From: Bdellovibrionota bacterium
GTDB lineage: Bacteria; Bdellovibrionota; UBA1018; CAIPTA01; JAALKR01
DNA: 64,000 nt
Assembly (NCBI GenBank): GCA_965207455.1
Contig: CBDBMJ010000003.1
Location: 384,001 to 448,000 of the forward strand
Direction: 5' to 3'
Of this stretch, positions 1 to 10,053 are shown one piece after another (positions within the stretch are counted from its first letter, which is position 1; each line of letters begins with the position of its first letter). Under the pieces are notes generated by a model. It made no database searches and had not been told where the DNA came from. It saw only the letters and a program-made list of their open reading frames with translations. The translations under genes and the position numbers were made by a program.

Positions 1-179
1 AAATCTTCATTTTTTCCAAAACGAAAGGAACGGGTGGACCCTAAAAAAGAAACAGCCTCTAGGATAGAAGTTTTTCCAATACCATTAGGGCCTGTTATTA
101 TAGTAAGTTTTTGTTCCAGTGGAAAAGCTATTTCTGAATAGACCCTAAAATTTTGAATGCGAACTTCTTTTAAGAACAT
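1..179 (-). CDS. recF: DNA replication/repair protein RecF, 5' part (runs off the window edge; not in ORF track)
   Basis: Manual translation from ATG at 179: MFLKEVRIQNFRVYSEIAFPLEQKLTIITGPNGIGKTSILEAVSFLGSTRSFR. It has the NFR motif and Walker A GPNGIGKT and lies directly after dnaN. Confidence 0.93.
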   Translation of the reverse strand, partial: MFLKEVRIQNFRVYSEIAFPLEQKLTIITGPNGIGKTSILEAVSFLGSTRSFRFGKNED

Positions 180-185
180 TAAAAA

Positions 186-1295
186 CTACAAGCGCATGGG
201 CATCAGGACACAAAAATATCCTTCATTACCAGAAATTTTAATTACGCCAGATTTTTTTGAATCATTTAAAAACAAAGTTGCCTTTTCCCCAGAAAAACCA
301 TTTATACTATCCATCAAGTATTTTAAATTAAATCCTATTTCCATGGAATCTCCTGTAAACCCAACCTTTATTTTTTCCCTAGCAGTACCCATATCTGGAT
401 TGCTTGTTGATATTTCCATTTCATTTTTACTAATGGATAGTTTTATCGCATTCGTCTTTTCACTTACTAGTAAAGACATTCGTCGTAAGGCCACTAATAA
501 CTCTTCCTTGTTCATTTCAACCTCAAGTAAACTTTTCTCTGGAACTACTTTCTTATAATCAGGAAAATTACCTTCAATCAAACGTACGTATAAATTCGTG
601 TCTCCAGAATTAAAAATTAAATGATTATTTTTCAGGAAGACCATCCAGTTTTCATTATTGATGTCTAAAAGTTTTTTTAATTCTTGGGCACCTTTTCTTG
701 GAATAATAATTCCCTTTTCCCAAAAGTTTGGAACAGTCTCAAATAACTCTTTTTCACAATAGGTTAAGCGGTGACTATCTGTAGCTACCATAAAATATTT
801 ATTGCCTTTGCCCTTATCCAAATAAATACCATTCAAGTGATAACGGGTTTCATCGGTAGAAACAGCAAACAATGTGTGGCTCAACATTTCTTCTAATGGC
901 TTTACATAAATGGGGACAGCCTTGGTCATAGAAAAATCGGGGAGTGTGGGAAAATCTTCTGGTGAACAACCCATAATATTAAAATTAGCTGCTCCACAGT
1001 TTATGGAGACCCAATAATTCTCCTTGGATAGAATCTCCACTTCCTCATCGGGAAGCTCTTTCATAATTTCGAAAAACCTTTTTGCAACAATAGTAAAACA
1101 ACCCTCTTCACTAACTTCTACGGGAATGGAAGTTTCTACTGAAATATCTAAGTCCGTGGCTCTCATGGTTAGTCTTCCATCACTTGCCTGTAGATAAATA
1201 TTTTCTAAAATAGGGGCTGTGGTACGACGCACAGTTACAGAGACTACCCTCTGTAACCCTTTTAGGAACTCTTTTTTCGGTGCTTTTATATGCAT
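186..1295 (-). CDS. dnaN: DNA polymerase III beta sliding clamp
   Basis: 369 aa with ATDLD, STDETRYHLNG, VATDSHRL, LIEGNFPDY and C-terminal VLMPMRL; lies between dnaA and recF. Confidence 0.98.
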   Translation of the reverse strand: MHIKAPKKEFLKGLQRVVSVTVRRTTAPILENIYLQASDGRLTMRATDLDISVETSIPVEVSEEGCFTIVAKRFFEIMKELPDEEVEILSKENYWVSINCGAANFNIMGCSPEDFPTLPDFSMTKAVPIYVKPLEEMLSHTLFAVSTDETRYHLNGIYLDKGKGNKYFMVATDSHRLTYCEKELFETVPNFWEKGIIIPRKGAQELKKLLDINNENWMVFLKNNHLIFNSGDTNLYVRLIEGNFPDYKKVVPEKSLLEVEMNKEELLVALRRMSLLVSEKTNAIKLSISKNEMEISTSNPDMGTAREKIKVGFTGDSMEIGFNLKYLMDSINGFSGEKATLFLNDSKKSGVIKISGNEGYFCVLMPMRL

Positions 1296-1856
1296 AATTT
1301 TTTTCCCCTCTTTAGGCTTTTTACCCCATCTTCTACTAAAGTTTAATCTTTATTAAAATTTAATGGTTGTTATAGGCAATGTGGATATGTGGATAAGCAA
1401 AAAATATAATAAATAATAGGGACTTATCCAAAAAATGGGGAAAAAATGCTCTTGGATAATAAGTATACAATTGTGAGTAAGCTGACAGCATATAGAAAAA
1501 TAGAAAGATTCACATGGATATCCAGAATTTATATGTGGATAAAAACGAAAAGCCCGAGTTTTTCATTTCTCTTTTCAGAAAAAAGGCTCCAAAGGAAAGC
1601 ATTTTCCACTTTATCCACAAAAAGAAAGTTTTTCCTCCAGTATAGAGTCCGTATAGAGAAGAAAAGGCTGTGGTTTTTGGGGAATACTAACCTAAGTAAT
1701 TAAAAGTAAAGAAGAAAATAGGAGGATTTTTATTTATTTAGCAGGGCATAAATGTGGTGAAAAAGTCGGCCCAATGGCAAAAAAAGGAAGGATATCCATA
1801 CAAAAAGAAAGATATAAAGAGGATATCCAGAATGTATCTACAATGGGAATTTGCTT
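1296..1856. other. oriC: Replication origin oriC (dnaA-dnaN intergenic region)
   Basis: Perfect DnaA boxes TGTGGATAA at 1388-1396 and 1534-1542 and TTATCCACA at 1611-1619. Near-matches at 1380-1388, 1424-1432 and 1602-1610. AT-rich tract at about 1340-1375. Confidence 0.88.
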
Positions 1857-3284
1857 TTATAGTTGGAGCTTATTTTGGATACTTTCAATGGAATGACTAA
1901 GTTCGCTGTCGGACTCTTTTTCTTTTTCAATTTTACGTATTGCATAAATAACCGTGGAGTGATCCTTTCCTCCAAAAAAAGAGGCAATCTCCGACAATGT
2001 TTTTTCCCCATGCTTTCGAATTAAATACATGGCGATTTGACGCGGTTTTGAATATTTTCTTGCCCTGGATCGAGAATCCAAGTCCGAAGGAGAAATTTTA
2101 AAGTACTCACAGACCCCATCCTTTATGGATAGAACACTGGTCATCTTTTTTTGATTGTGATGGAAAAGTTCGGAAAGAATTTCCTTGGTTGTCTCCAATG
2201 TAATCTCAGTTCCGTTTATGGAAGCCTCAGCTTCTAGGCGAGTTAACGATCCTTCCAACTCCCTAATATTATTTTTTATATTGGAAGCAATGGTATGGCA
2301 AACGTCATCGGGCAAATATAAATCATCTTGTTCTGCCTTGGCCCTGAGAATGGAAATTCGTGTTTCTAAATCTGGAAATTTTATGTCGGCAACAAGCCCT
2401 TGTTGGAGTCGGGAAATGAGTCGCGGTTCTAAACCAACAAGCTCACTGGGTGGCTGGTCGCTAGTAACAATTACTTGAAAGTGGGATTCACAAAGATAAT
2501 TGAATGTATAGAAGAGCTCCTCTTGGGAACGAGTCTTTCCACCAAGGAACTGTATATCGTCGATAAGGAAAAGATCAAACTTCGAACGATAGCGATTTTT
2601 AAAATCACTCTGAGTTTGTTTTTTTGTGGCATCAATAAAATCCACAACGAACTGTTCAGCAGTTACGTAACAAATTTTTGCTTTGGGATTTTTCTTTAAC
2701 GTTTCCACAGCAATGGCATGGAGAAGATGGGTTTTTCCCAACCCCGAGTTTCCATAAATTAATAAAGGATTGTGCTTTCCATGGGGATTGGACACTACCC
2801 CTTGGGAAGCAAAATAGGCAAACTGGTTGCCCGATCCAATAATAAAATTATCAAAGCTGTACCGGGTGTCCACGGGCTGACCACGGGTCTTAATAAGACC
2901 ACTCGAAGATACCAAGGAGGAAAAGTCTTGCTCGTTATCCAGCGATGAGGAAGCCCTGGACTCCTTGTATGGAGTTACGGGCTTTGATTTAGAAGTGGTT
3001 GATTTTTCAGTGGAATAAATAATGGATAGGCGGTTCCCCGTAACAGTTTCCACCACACTGAAAATCTTTTTTTCCAGATTATTCTTCACATAGGTCTTAA
3101 AAAATTCATTGGGAACGGATAGGGTAAGGGTGGTCTTGTTAAAAGAAACCACGCTCAAGGGTTCCACCCAAGCCTGGAATTGGTCCGAGCCTATCGTCTT
3201 TCTTAAACGATCCAAAACAGACAACCAGAAGTCTGGTTGCTTGGAAGGAAATTTTTTATAAATGCCGTCTTTAAGAATTGCCAC
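1857..3284 (-). CDS. dnaA: Chromosomal replication initiator DnaA
   Basis: YSFDNFIIGSGN, NPLLIYGNSGLGKTHLL, IDDIQFL, NIRELEG and the domain IV signature GGKDHSTVIYA. Confidence 0.99.
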   Translation of the reverse strand: MAILKDGIYKKFPSKQPDFWLSVLDRLRKTIGSDQFQAWVEPLSVVSFNKTTLTLSVPNEFFKTYVKNNLEKKIFSVVETVTGNRLSIIYSTEKSTTSKSKPVTPYKESRASSSLDNEQDFSSLVSSSGLIKTRGQPVDTRYSFDNFIIGSGNQFAYFASQGVVSNPHGKHNPLLIYGNSGLGKTHLLHAIAVETLKKNPKAKICYVTAEQFVVDFIDATKKQTQSDFKNRYRSKFDLFLIDDIQFLGGKTRSQEELFYTFNYLCESHFQVIVTSDQPPSELVGLEPRLISRLQQGLVADIKFPDLETRISILRAKAEQDDLYLPDDVCHTIASNIKNNIRELEGSLTRLEAEASINGTEITLETTKEILSELFHHNQKKMTSVLSIKDGVCEYFKISPSDLDSRSRARKYSKPRQIAMYLIRKHGEKTLSEIASFFGGKDHSTVIYAIRKIEKEKESDSELSHSIESIQNKLQL

Positions 3285-3433
3285 TGTCTCTCTCTAATTT
3301 TAATAAATGGAACCTGTGAGAAGAATATTTAGCAAAAGCCGGCGATTTGGACAAGAAAAATTATAAAAATCATTCTTGACACATTGGCTGGATTTTTGAT
3401 AGATACATAGGAACATAATAGAGGAGACCCGTA

Positions 3434-3583
3434 ATGAAGCGAACTTGGCAGCCCAGTCGAAAAAAACGCATCCGAACCCACGGATTTCGGGAAAGAATGT
3501 CCACTCCAGGGGGTGTAGAGGTACTAAACCGCAGGCGTCAAAAAGGTAGAAAGCGCTTAGTCGTAACAACTGGCTCTAAATGA
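3434..3583 (+). CDS. rpmH: 50S ribosomal protein L34 (missed by ORF track)
   Basis: Manual translation [58 protein letters not shown] upstream; ATGA overlap with rnpA. Confidence 0.98.
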   Translation: MKRTWQPSRKKRIRTHGFRERMSTPGGVEVLNRRRQKGRKRLVVTTGSK

Positions 3584-3936
3584 ATACTAGAAATAGTTTC
3601 GGTCCTAACCACCGCCTTTGCTCAAAAGAAGATTTCCATACTATTCACCAAAGGTCAAAGAGAAGGAATCTATCCAGCCTTTTTGTTCTCAGCCATAAAA
3701 AAAGCAGCCCCAACCCAAGGATAGGCATTAGCGTAAAACGAAGCGTGGGGTCTGCCGTCGCCAGAAACCGAATAAAACGGTTAATTCGAGAGTTTTTTCG
3801 AACAAATAAGAAAACTTTTTCCCATCAGGATGTGCATTTTGTTGTCAAAGTCCCCCAAAAAGGAATAAAAAGAGCCTATTACGAAAAAAAATTAAACGAG
3901 GATTTCGGAAATTTGGTTTTTCATGAAAAAAATTAA
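3580..3936 (+). CDS. rnpA: Ribonuclease P protein component
   Basis: [25 protein letters not shown] (RNR motif); follows rpmH. Confidence 0.97.
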   Translation: MNTRNSFGPNHRLCSKEDFHTIHQRSKRRNLSSLFVLSHKKSSPNPRIGISVKRSVGSAVARNRIKRLIREFFRTNKKTFSHQDVHFVVKVPQKGIKRAYYEKKLNEDFGNLVFHEKN

Positions 3937-4198
3937 ATATATAGAGCAATTAGTAGCACAGACAGTCCTTTTTTTTCTCTCCATATACAAATGGGTGGGA
4001 TCCCCATTTTTTAGCGCATTGGGAGTGGAATGTCGTTTTACCCCCTCTTGCTCCCAATATATGAGAGAAGCCGTTCAGGTACACGGTCCTGTAAAGGGAG
4101 TGTTGCTGGGGCTATGGAGACTCCTACATTGTCACCCTGCTGGAGGGTGCGGTCATGACCCCGTTCCGGGCCGAAGACTGGAGGAAAAAAATGGATAG
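3923..4198 (+). CDS. yidD: Membrane protein insertion efficiency factor YidD
   Basis: CRFTPSCSQY, RLLHCHP and GHDPVP motifs; lies between rnpA and yidC. Confidence 0.95.
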   Translation: MKKIKYIEQLVAQTVLFFLSIYKWVGSPFFSALGVECRFTPSCSQYMREAVQVHGPVKGVLLGLWRLLHCHPAGGCGHDPVPGRRLEEKNG

Positions 4199-5867
4199 AA
4201 ACGGTTTGATGGCAATCGTTGTCTCCCTAATTATTTGGGTGGGGTGGCAGAAAATGTATTGGGAGCCGTACCAAGAAAAACAAAAGCAATGGAACGCCTA
4301 TCAAAACAAACTAAAAAAATCTCAGGATGAAAAAAGCGACAACACGGGTGCACGGATCTCCAACACTGCCATAAAAAGTGCAGAGAACGTTAGTCCTGCC
4401 ATACAAAGGATAGAAAAACAAACCAAGGCACTGGATCTTTTCTCTCTAGTCCTTTCCAATACGGGTGGACTTTTAGACAGTTGGAAATTAAAAGATTTTA
4501 AAATAAATAAAGGAAAAGAAAAGGTTCTGGGACAGGGGAGCGCACCCATTGATATGGAATATATCACCGGGTTTTCCAACCAATTGCAAATTGCTTTTTC
4601 CGATACCAGCCTTATTCCAAAATCAAACAGCCAAAGGTGGACGGTCGACGATACTTCGAAAAATGTTTTGTATCAAGACAGACTTCAGAACAACAGAGTG
4701 AAAATAGTTCGCACGCTCTACCGACCGGAAAAATCCTATACAATGCCACTGAAATACACAATTTCTTTTCAACGGGAAGTGCCCGCATTTGTCTTCCTAG
4801 ATATCTTTGGTAGCCCCAAGAGAGAGCACGACACTTCAGGAAATATGTTAGGAGGAATCCCGGACAGAGTTGCCATCGCCTACCAAGATAGGTCCGAAAA
4901 AGAAATCTTTCCTGCCGAAGGATTAGAGAAACCCCAAGAGTTGGTAAACACCGGAGTGTACTGGCTGGGTGTGGACACAAGATATTTTCTATTAGCACTT
5001 ATTCCCGACAACCTAATTAAGCCCTTTACGGGAATACAAATTAGGCGGGTGGAAGAACAGGGCAAAATAGCTGTCCTAGGAAGACTTGCCATCTCTACCA
5101 ACGGACAAAAAGAACTTACCATTCCATTGGACGTGTATTTTGGTCCCAAAAGAATAGAAATATTGGAGCAAGCTAGCCCTGCTCTTGTGGGCACCCTCGA
5201 TTTTGGATGGGTATCCATCATTGCCCTACCCATTTTAAAAATGCTAAAGTGGTTTTACTTCTATGTGCATAACTATGGCGTGGCCATTATCCTTGTGACC
5301 ATTTTTGTAAAGTTACTCCTCTTCCCCTTGACCTATAAGAGCATGAAATCCCTAACGAAAATTTCAAAGCTCCGTCCCCAAATGCAGGTTATCCAAGAGA
5401 AGCATAAGGGCGACAAACAACGGCTCCAAAAAGAACTCATGGACTTATACCGGAACAATGGAGCCAACCCCATTAGCGGCTGCCTACCCATCTTGCTCCA
5501 AATGCCCGTATTCTTTGCCCTCTACCGTGTATTGTTCAATTGCATGGAACTATATGGAGCACCCTTTTTTGGGTGGATTCAAGATCTATCTGCAAAGGAT
5601 CCCCTATTTATCACTCCCATTTTGCTTGTGCTGTTAATGGTTATGCAACAAAAAATTATGCCCAATACGGTAACAGACCCCACCCAAAAACGAATTATGC
5701 AACTTATGCCCATAATATTTGGAGTGTTTATGCTTTTTCTACCCGCAGGACTTAATATATACATGCTTATTAATACGGTCATCAGCATTGCCCAACAGTA
5801 TTTTTTAAATAAAAGATTCAATGTTTCTCCCATAGAAACAACAAAGGCAGTTCCCAGTTCCGCCTAA
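4191..5867 (+). CDS. yidC: Membrane protein insertase YidC (likely start ATG 4191)
   Basis: YFGPK, DFGW, NYGVAII, GCLPILLQMPVFFALY and WIQDLSAKDP; GGAGG RBS before 4191. Confidence 0.97.
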   Translation: MDRNGLMAIVVSLIIWVGWQKMYWEPYQEKQKQWNAYQNKLKKSQDEKSDNTGARISNTAIKSAENVSPAIQRIEKQTKALDLFSLVLSNTGGLLDSWKLKDFKINKGKEKVLGQGSAPIDMEYITGFSNQLQIAFSDTSLIPKSNSQRWTVDDTSKNVLYQDRLQNNRVKIVRTLYRPEKSYTMPLKYTISFQREVPAFVFLDIFGSPKREHDTSGNMLGGIPDRVAIAYQDRSEKEIFPAEGLEKPQELVNTGVYWLGVDTRYFLLALIPDNLIKPFTGIQIRRVEEQGKIAVLGRLAISTNGQKELTIPLDVYFGPKRIEILEQASPALVGTLDFGWVSIIALPILKMLKWFYFYVHNYGVAIILVTIFVKLLLFPLTYKSMKSLTKISKLRPQMQVIQEKHKGDKQRLQKELMDLYRNNGANPISGCLPILLQMPVFFALYRVLFNCMELYGAPFFGWIQDLSAKDPLFITPILLVLLMVMQQKIMPNTVTDPTQKRIMQLMPIIFGVFMLFLPAGLNIYMLINTVISIAQQYFLNKRFNVSPIETTKAVPSSA

Positions 5868-5871
5868 GGCC

Positions 5872-7281
5872 ATGAAGGAAACCTACTTTAACGAAGATAC
5901 AATTGCAGCCATAGCCACTGCACCCAACACAATGGGAGCCATTGGAATTATTCGATTGTCGGGAGCAGAAGCGTTTCGGGTGGCAGGGGAATGTATTTGT
6001 CCCGGGTCTAAATTTCTCCAAGAGGGAGGTTGGGGAAAAGCACAAAGCCATTATTTATACCAAGGGAAATTTCACGACGGAAAAAAAGAAACCATAGACG
6101 AGGGCTTATTTGTTCTTATGCGGTCGCCTCGTTCCTATACGGGCGAAGACTGCGTGGAGATGCACATGCATGGAAACCCTGCGCTTCTTTATAGAACAAT
6201 GGAAACAATTTTGAAACTAGGGGATGTTCGTAAGGCAGAGCCGGGGGAGTTCACCTTTCGTTCTTTTCGCAACGGAAAAAGGGATCTATCTCAGGCAGAA
6301 GCCGTGACCGACTTAATTTCTGCACGCACAGAAAATGCAGCAAAACTGGCGATCCACGCTCTCCAAGGTGGAGTAAAAAATACCATGAACGAGCTAAAGG
6401 AAGAACTTGTAACTTTGCTAGCTCAGATGGAATTAAATATAGATTTTTCCGACCAGGATGTTCCCGCAGTGGACTACCATCAATGGTCGCAGGAATTAAA
6501 AGGCTGGTGTGTTCGATCCAGAGAAATGATAACTCGTTTTGAAAAATCCACGCCGTTTCGAGAAGGAATTCGCATAACCATTGTGGGAGCACCCAACAGC
6601 GGAAAGTCCACATTGTTTAATCGTTTTCTTGGAGAGGAAAGAAGTATCGTTAGCGATATAAAAGGAACAACAAGGGATATTGTTCGGGAAGCCGTGGTTT
6701 TTAATCATTTACTTTTAAATATATCGGACACAGCAGGACTTCGATCCACCACGAATGAAATAGAAAAAGAAGGAGTGATTCGTTCCTATGGGGAACTCAA
6801 AGGCGCGCACCTCGTACTTTTATTGGTGGATGGTTCTGAAGAGTTGGGGAGTGAAGAAGTGCTTTTTACGGAATGTTCAAAACATACGGTTGGGGCAAAA
6901 TATATTCTTGTTATAAATAAGAAGGATAGAATGTCCCTTGCTTTCCCCAGCAGTTCTCTAGAAATTCCTTCTGTTCTTATCAGTGCTAAAAATGGGGAAG
7001 GAATGGAAGAGTTGGAAGCGGTCATTTCTAATTTGTTTTCTCAAGAGTCTTTACACGGGGAAGGGATTGGAATTGCAAAAATACGTCATTGTCACCTTTT
7101 ACATACAGCCACCACTTATTTGGAGCATGCAATTGAAAAGATTGAACAAGGAGAACTTTGTGCTGATTTATTATCCTCCGACGTTTGGAAAGCCATCCAT
7201 TGTATTAACGAGGTCACAGGCGAAACAACGAGCGACGATTTAATGAAACATATTTTTTCTAAATTTTGTATAGGAAAGTAG
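5872..7281 (+). CDS. mnmE: tRNA modification GTPase MnmE (TrmE)
   Basis: DTIAAIAT, SYTGED, GAPNSGKS, GTTRD, DTAG, NKKD and C-terminal FSKFCIGK. Confidence 0.98.
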   Translation: MKETYFNEDTIAAIATAPNTMGAIGIIRLSGAEAFRVAGECICPGSKFLQEGGWGKAQSHYLYQGKFHDGKKETIDEGLFVLMRSPRSYTGEDCVEMHMHGNPALLYRTMETILKLGDVRKAEPGEFTFRSFRNGKRDLSQAEAVTDLISARTENAAKLAIHALQGGVKNTMNELKEELVTLLAQMELNIDFSDQDVPAVDYHQWSQELKGWCVRSREMITRFEKSTPFREGIRITIVGAPNSGKSTLFNRFLGEERSIVSDIKGTTRDIVREAVVFNHLLLNISDTAGLRSTTNEIEKEGVIRSYGELKGAHLVLLLVDGSEELGSEEVLFTECSKHTVGAKYILVINKKDRMSLAFPSSSLEIPSVLISAKNGEGMEELEAVISNLFSQESLHGEGIGIAKIRHCHLLHTATTYLEHAIEKIEQGELCADLLSSDVWKAIHCINEVTGETTSDDLMKHIFSKFCIGK

Positions 7282-7283
7282 GG

Positions 7284-9212
7284 ATGGAAAATAAATTTCA
7301 CACCATTATAGTAGGCGCAGGACATGCAGGAGTGGAAGCCGCACTGGCGAGTGCTCGCATGGGTTGTGCTACTCTTCTCTTGACGATGAACCGGAGTCGC
7401 ATTGGTTTCATGCCCTGTAACCCTGCCATTGGAGGACAAGCAAAAGGGCAACTAGCCCGGGAAATAGATGCCTTAGGTGGAGAGATGGGAATAAATGCAG
7501 ACAAAAGTGCAATCCAATACAAAAAGTTAAATAGTTCCAAGGGTCCGGCTGTGCGATCCTCACGCGCCCAATGCGATAAAAATATATATAGCGAAAATAT
7601 GAGAAAAACCATAGAGGAGCAAGTAAACCTCACAGTGTATGAAGCAGAGGTGAAAGAACTTATTATAGAAAAAAAACAATGCAGGGGAGTTCGCATCGCT
7701 AAGGGAGAAATCATTTCTGCCCACTCGGTGATTATAACCGCAGGAACTTTTTTAAAAAGCATTATGCATTGTGGAGAGTCGCAGTCAGAGGGAGGACGAG
7801 TGGGAGATAAAACATCAAACGCTTTGTCAGACACTCTTCGAGAAATTGGGTTTTCTCTTGTGCGATTAAAAACAGGAACGCCGCCAAGATTAAAAAAACA
7901 ATCCATTGATTTTTCTGTTCTCCAACCCATGCACGGAGATACTACGCCCACACCCTTTAGTTTTTATACGCGCTCCAATCCCTTTCCTTTATTGGAACAA
8001 GTGCCGTGCCACCTTACTCACACATCGACCAAAACCCACGAGATCATTTCAGGAGCTAAGGAACGTTCCCCCATGTTCAATGGGCAGATAACGGGTACAG
8101 GACCCAGGTATTGTCCCTCCATTGAGGACAAAGTGGTTCGTTTTTGGGAAAAGCAGAGTCACCAGATTTTTTTAGAACCTGAGAGCTTCTCCTCGGACGA
8201 GATCTATGCCAATGGACTATCCACCAGCTTGCCTGTGGATATCCAAGAACAGTTTTTGCACACGATCGTGGGCTTAGAAAAGGTGGAGTTGGTCAGACCT
8301 GGATACGCAGTGGAGTATGATGCTATCCAAGCCACGGGCCTCAAACACACGATGGAGTCCAAGGACATAGAAGGTCTTTTTTGCGCAGGTCAGGTGAATG
8401 GAACCAGCGGTTATGAGGAGGCCGCAGCCCAAGGACTGATAGCAGGAATAAATGCTGCATTGCATTATTATAAAAGACCACCCTTTGTTTTGGGACGGGA
8501 AGAAGCCTATATAGGTGTTTTAATAGATGATTTAGTCACAAAGGGCTGCTACGAACCTTACCGTATGTTTACCTCCAGAGTGGAATATCGTCTCCTATTA
8601 CGGGAGGAAACAGCGGATTTTCGTTTGGCAGAAAAGGGCTACAAGCTGGGACTTTTGGAAAAAGCAAAATGGCAGGTGTTTTCTGAAAAGCTAAATAACT
8701 TCAAGAGTGTGCAAAAAGCTTGGCAAACCTGTTACGTCAAACAGTCCGACTCCAAAAGAGAGGAATTAAAAAAAGAAGGGATAGCCAATATCCCCCAACG
8801 CACTTCCATATTAGAATTTTTAAAGCGACCCGAGGTTACGGTTATGAAACTCCAAAATGCAGGCTATTTATCCACAACAATAGAGGACTCTTCCCTGCCT
8901 GCTTGGATTCAAAAAGCAATTTTTTCTGAAGTAGAGGTTCATGCAAAGTACCAAGGCTATATAGATAGGGAAAAAATAACAATTGAGCGACTAAAAAAGC
9001 AGGAAGGCAGAAAAATTCCCCTCGACTTTAACTACTCGACCATAAAGGGTCTTTCCAATGAAGCTCAGGAACTATTGGGTCGAGTGCGACCCATGACCTT
9101 GGGTCAAGCGGGGCGTATTTCTGGTGTTACCCCGGCAGCCACAGCACTTTTATATATTTATTTGGAGCGAGCAAGTTCCCAAACAACGAAAGGAGATAGT
9201 CATTGCAGGTAA
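7284..9212 (+). CDS. mnmG: tRNA uridine-5-carboxymethylaminomethyl modification enzyme MnmG (GidA)
   Basis: IVGAGHAGVEAA, MPCNPAIGG, RLKTGTPPR, GPRYCPSIEDK and GQVNGTSGYEEAAAQG; probable start at the ATG of MENKF. Confidence 0.98.
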   Translation: MENKFHTIIVGAGHAGVEAALASARMGCATLLLTMNRSRIGFMPCNPAIGGQAKGQLAREIDALGGEMGINADKSAIQYKKLNSSKGPAVRSSRAQCDKNIYSENMRKTIEEQVNLTVYEAEVKELIIEKKQCRGVRIAKGEIISAHSVIITAGTFLKSIMHCGESQSEGGRVGDKTSNALSDTLREIGFSLVRLKTGTPPRLKKQSIDFSVLQPMHGDTTPTPFSFYTRSNPFPLLEQVPCHLTHTSTKTHEIISGAKERSPMFNGQITGTGPRYCPSIEDKVVRFWEKQSHQIFLEPESFSSDEIYANGLSTSLPVDIQEQFLHTIVGLEKVELVRPGYAVEYDAIQATGLKHTMESKDIEGLFCAGQVNGTSGYEEAAAQGLIAGINAALHYYKRPPFVLGREEAYIGVLIDDLVTKGCYEPYRMFTSRVEYRLLLREETADFRLAEKGYKLGLLEKAKWQVFSEKLNNFKSVQKAWQTCYVKQSDSKREELKKEGIANIPQRTSILEFLKRPEVTVMKLQNAGYLSTTIEDSSLPAWIQKAIFSEVEVHAKYQGYIDREKITIERLKKQEGRKIPLDFNYSTIKGLSNEAQELLGRVRPMTLGQAGRISGVTPAATALLYIYLERASSQTTKGDSHCR

Positions 9213-9909
9213 ATTAATCTTGGCAAAAAAGGATTGGGATTTTTTCTCCTCCTTTGTGCGTGAAGAAGAAAAGCGTAGAGGACTACCCGAGGGAGCTTGG
9301 TCCGGTCGAGAAGAAGCCTTTAACCGCAGCCTTTGTCTTTTTTTGTCCGTACTGCTGGAAAAAAATAAATATTTAAACCTCACAAGTATTCGTTCCTTTG
9401 GAGATGCAGTCTGGAAGCACCTCTATGATTCTTTATTTCTTTTGAAAGTAAACCCCCAAGGAGCCTGCCTCGACTGGGGCACTGGAGGAGGGCTTCCCGG
9501 TATCCCAATAGCTCTTTGGAGACTCCATATTCTTCAAAATAGAGAGCCAATTATTCTTTTGGATAGTCGAAGAAAAAAAATAAATGCTCTGGAAGAATTT
9601 TTACAAGCATTGGGCTTGGATTTTTGTTCCACCCAGTGCTTGCGAGGAGAGGCTTTTCTCTGTCAACTAAAAAAAGAAGAGGTTAATAGCGTTTTTCTAC
9701 GAGCTATTGTTCCCTCCCACAAAGCTATTTTATTGTTGGACCCTAAAATAAGGCAGTGGATATTTTTTTGCGGCCCAGAGGGATATAAGGACTGGGAAAA
9801 GGCAGAAAAGAAGCTAGAAAAAAAAGGCTTTTCCATGGACCCACCCTTACAATATAGCCTCCCCAAGGGGCTGGGCGGCAGGAGTATGGTTTCCCTACAA
9901 GCGAAATAA
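9202..9909 (+). CDS. rsmG: 16S rRNA (guanine527-N7)-methyltransferase RsmG (GidB); start uncertain
   Basis: NLTSI, KHLYDSL, LDWGTGGGLPGIP and LLDSRRKK; follows mnmG. Confidence 0.9.
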   Translation: MAGKLILAKKDWDFFSSFVREEEKRRGLPEGAWSGREEAFNRSLCLFLSVLLEKNKYLNLTSIRSFGDAVWKHLYDSLFLLKVNPQGACLDWGTGGGLPGIPIALWRLHILQNREPIILLDSRRKKINALEEFLQALGLDFCSTQCLRGEAFLCQLKKEEVNSVFLRAIVPSHKAILLLDPKIRQWIFFCGPEGYKDWEKAEKKLEKKGFSMDPPLQYSLPKGLGGRSMVSLQAK

Positions 9910-9961
9910 GTCATTTAAAAACAGTCACTTACAGAAATTTCCTAAAACCAGAAACTTTTAG

Positions 9962-9990
9962 TTTACTTTTTTAATTCGTTGTGTTATATT
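9962..9990 (+). promoter_or_regulatory. Putative sigma70-type promoter of cassette 1 (identical copies at 11232-11260 and 12261-12289)
   Basis: TTTACT-N17-TATATT with TG just before the -10, about 64 nt upstream of the ATG. Inverted repeat CTAAAA..TTTTAG just upstream of the -35. Confidence 0.6.
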
Positions 9991-10053
9991 ACGCAGTAAA
10001 TGGTTCCAAGGGATTTTTGAGACCGTAAAACTACAAAGAAAGAAGGAAAATTT

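Noticed and set aside
1446..1703. 85-aa ORF inside the dnaA-dnaN spacer
   Set aside because: Overlaps the DnaA-box cluster, has no recognisable motif and no clear RBS.
3300..3569. 89-aa minus-strand ORF
   Set aside because: Antisense shadow of rpmH.
9985..10035. Purine-riboswitch-like words (TATA..AATGG..CCGTAAA..ACTA) in the cassette leader
   Set aside because: P2 and P3 cannot pair, the TTTCTAC core is missing, and the TATA is better explained as the -10 box.
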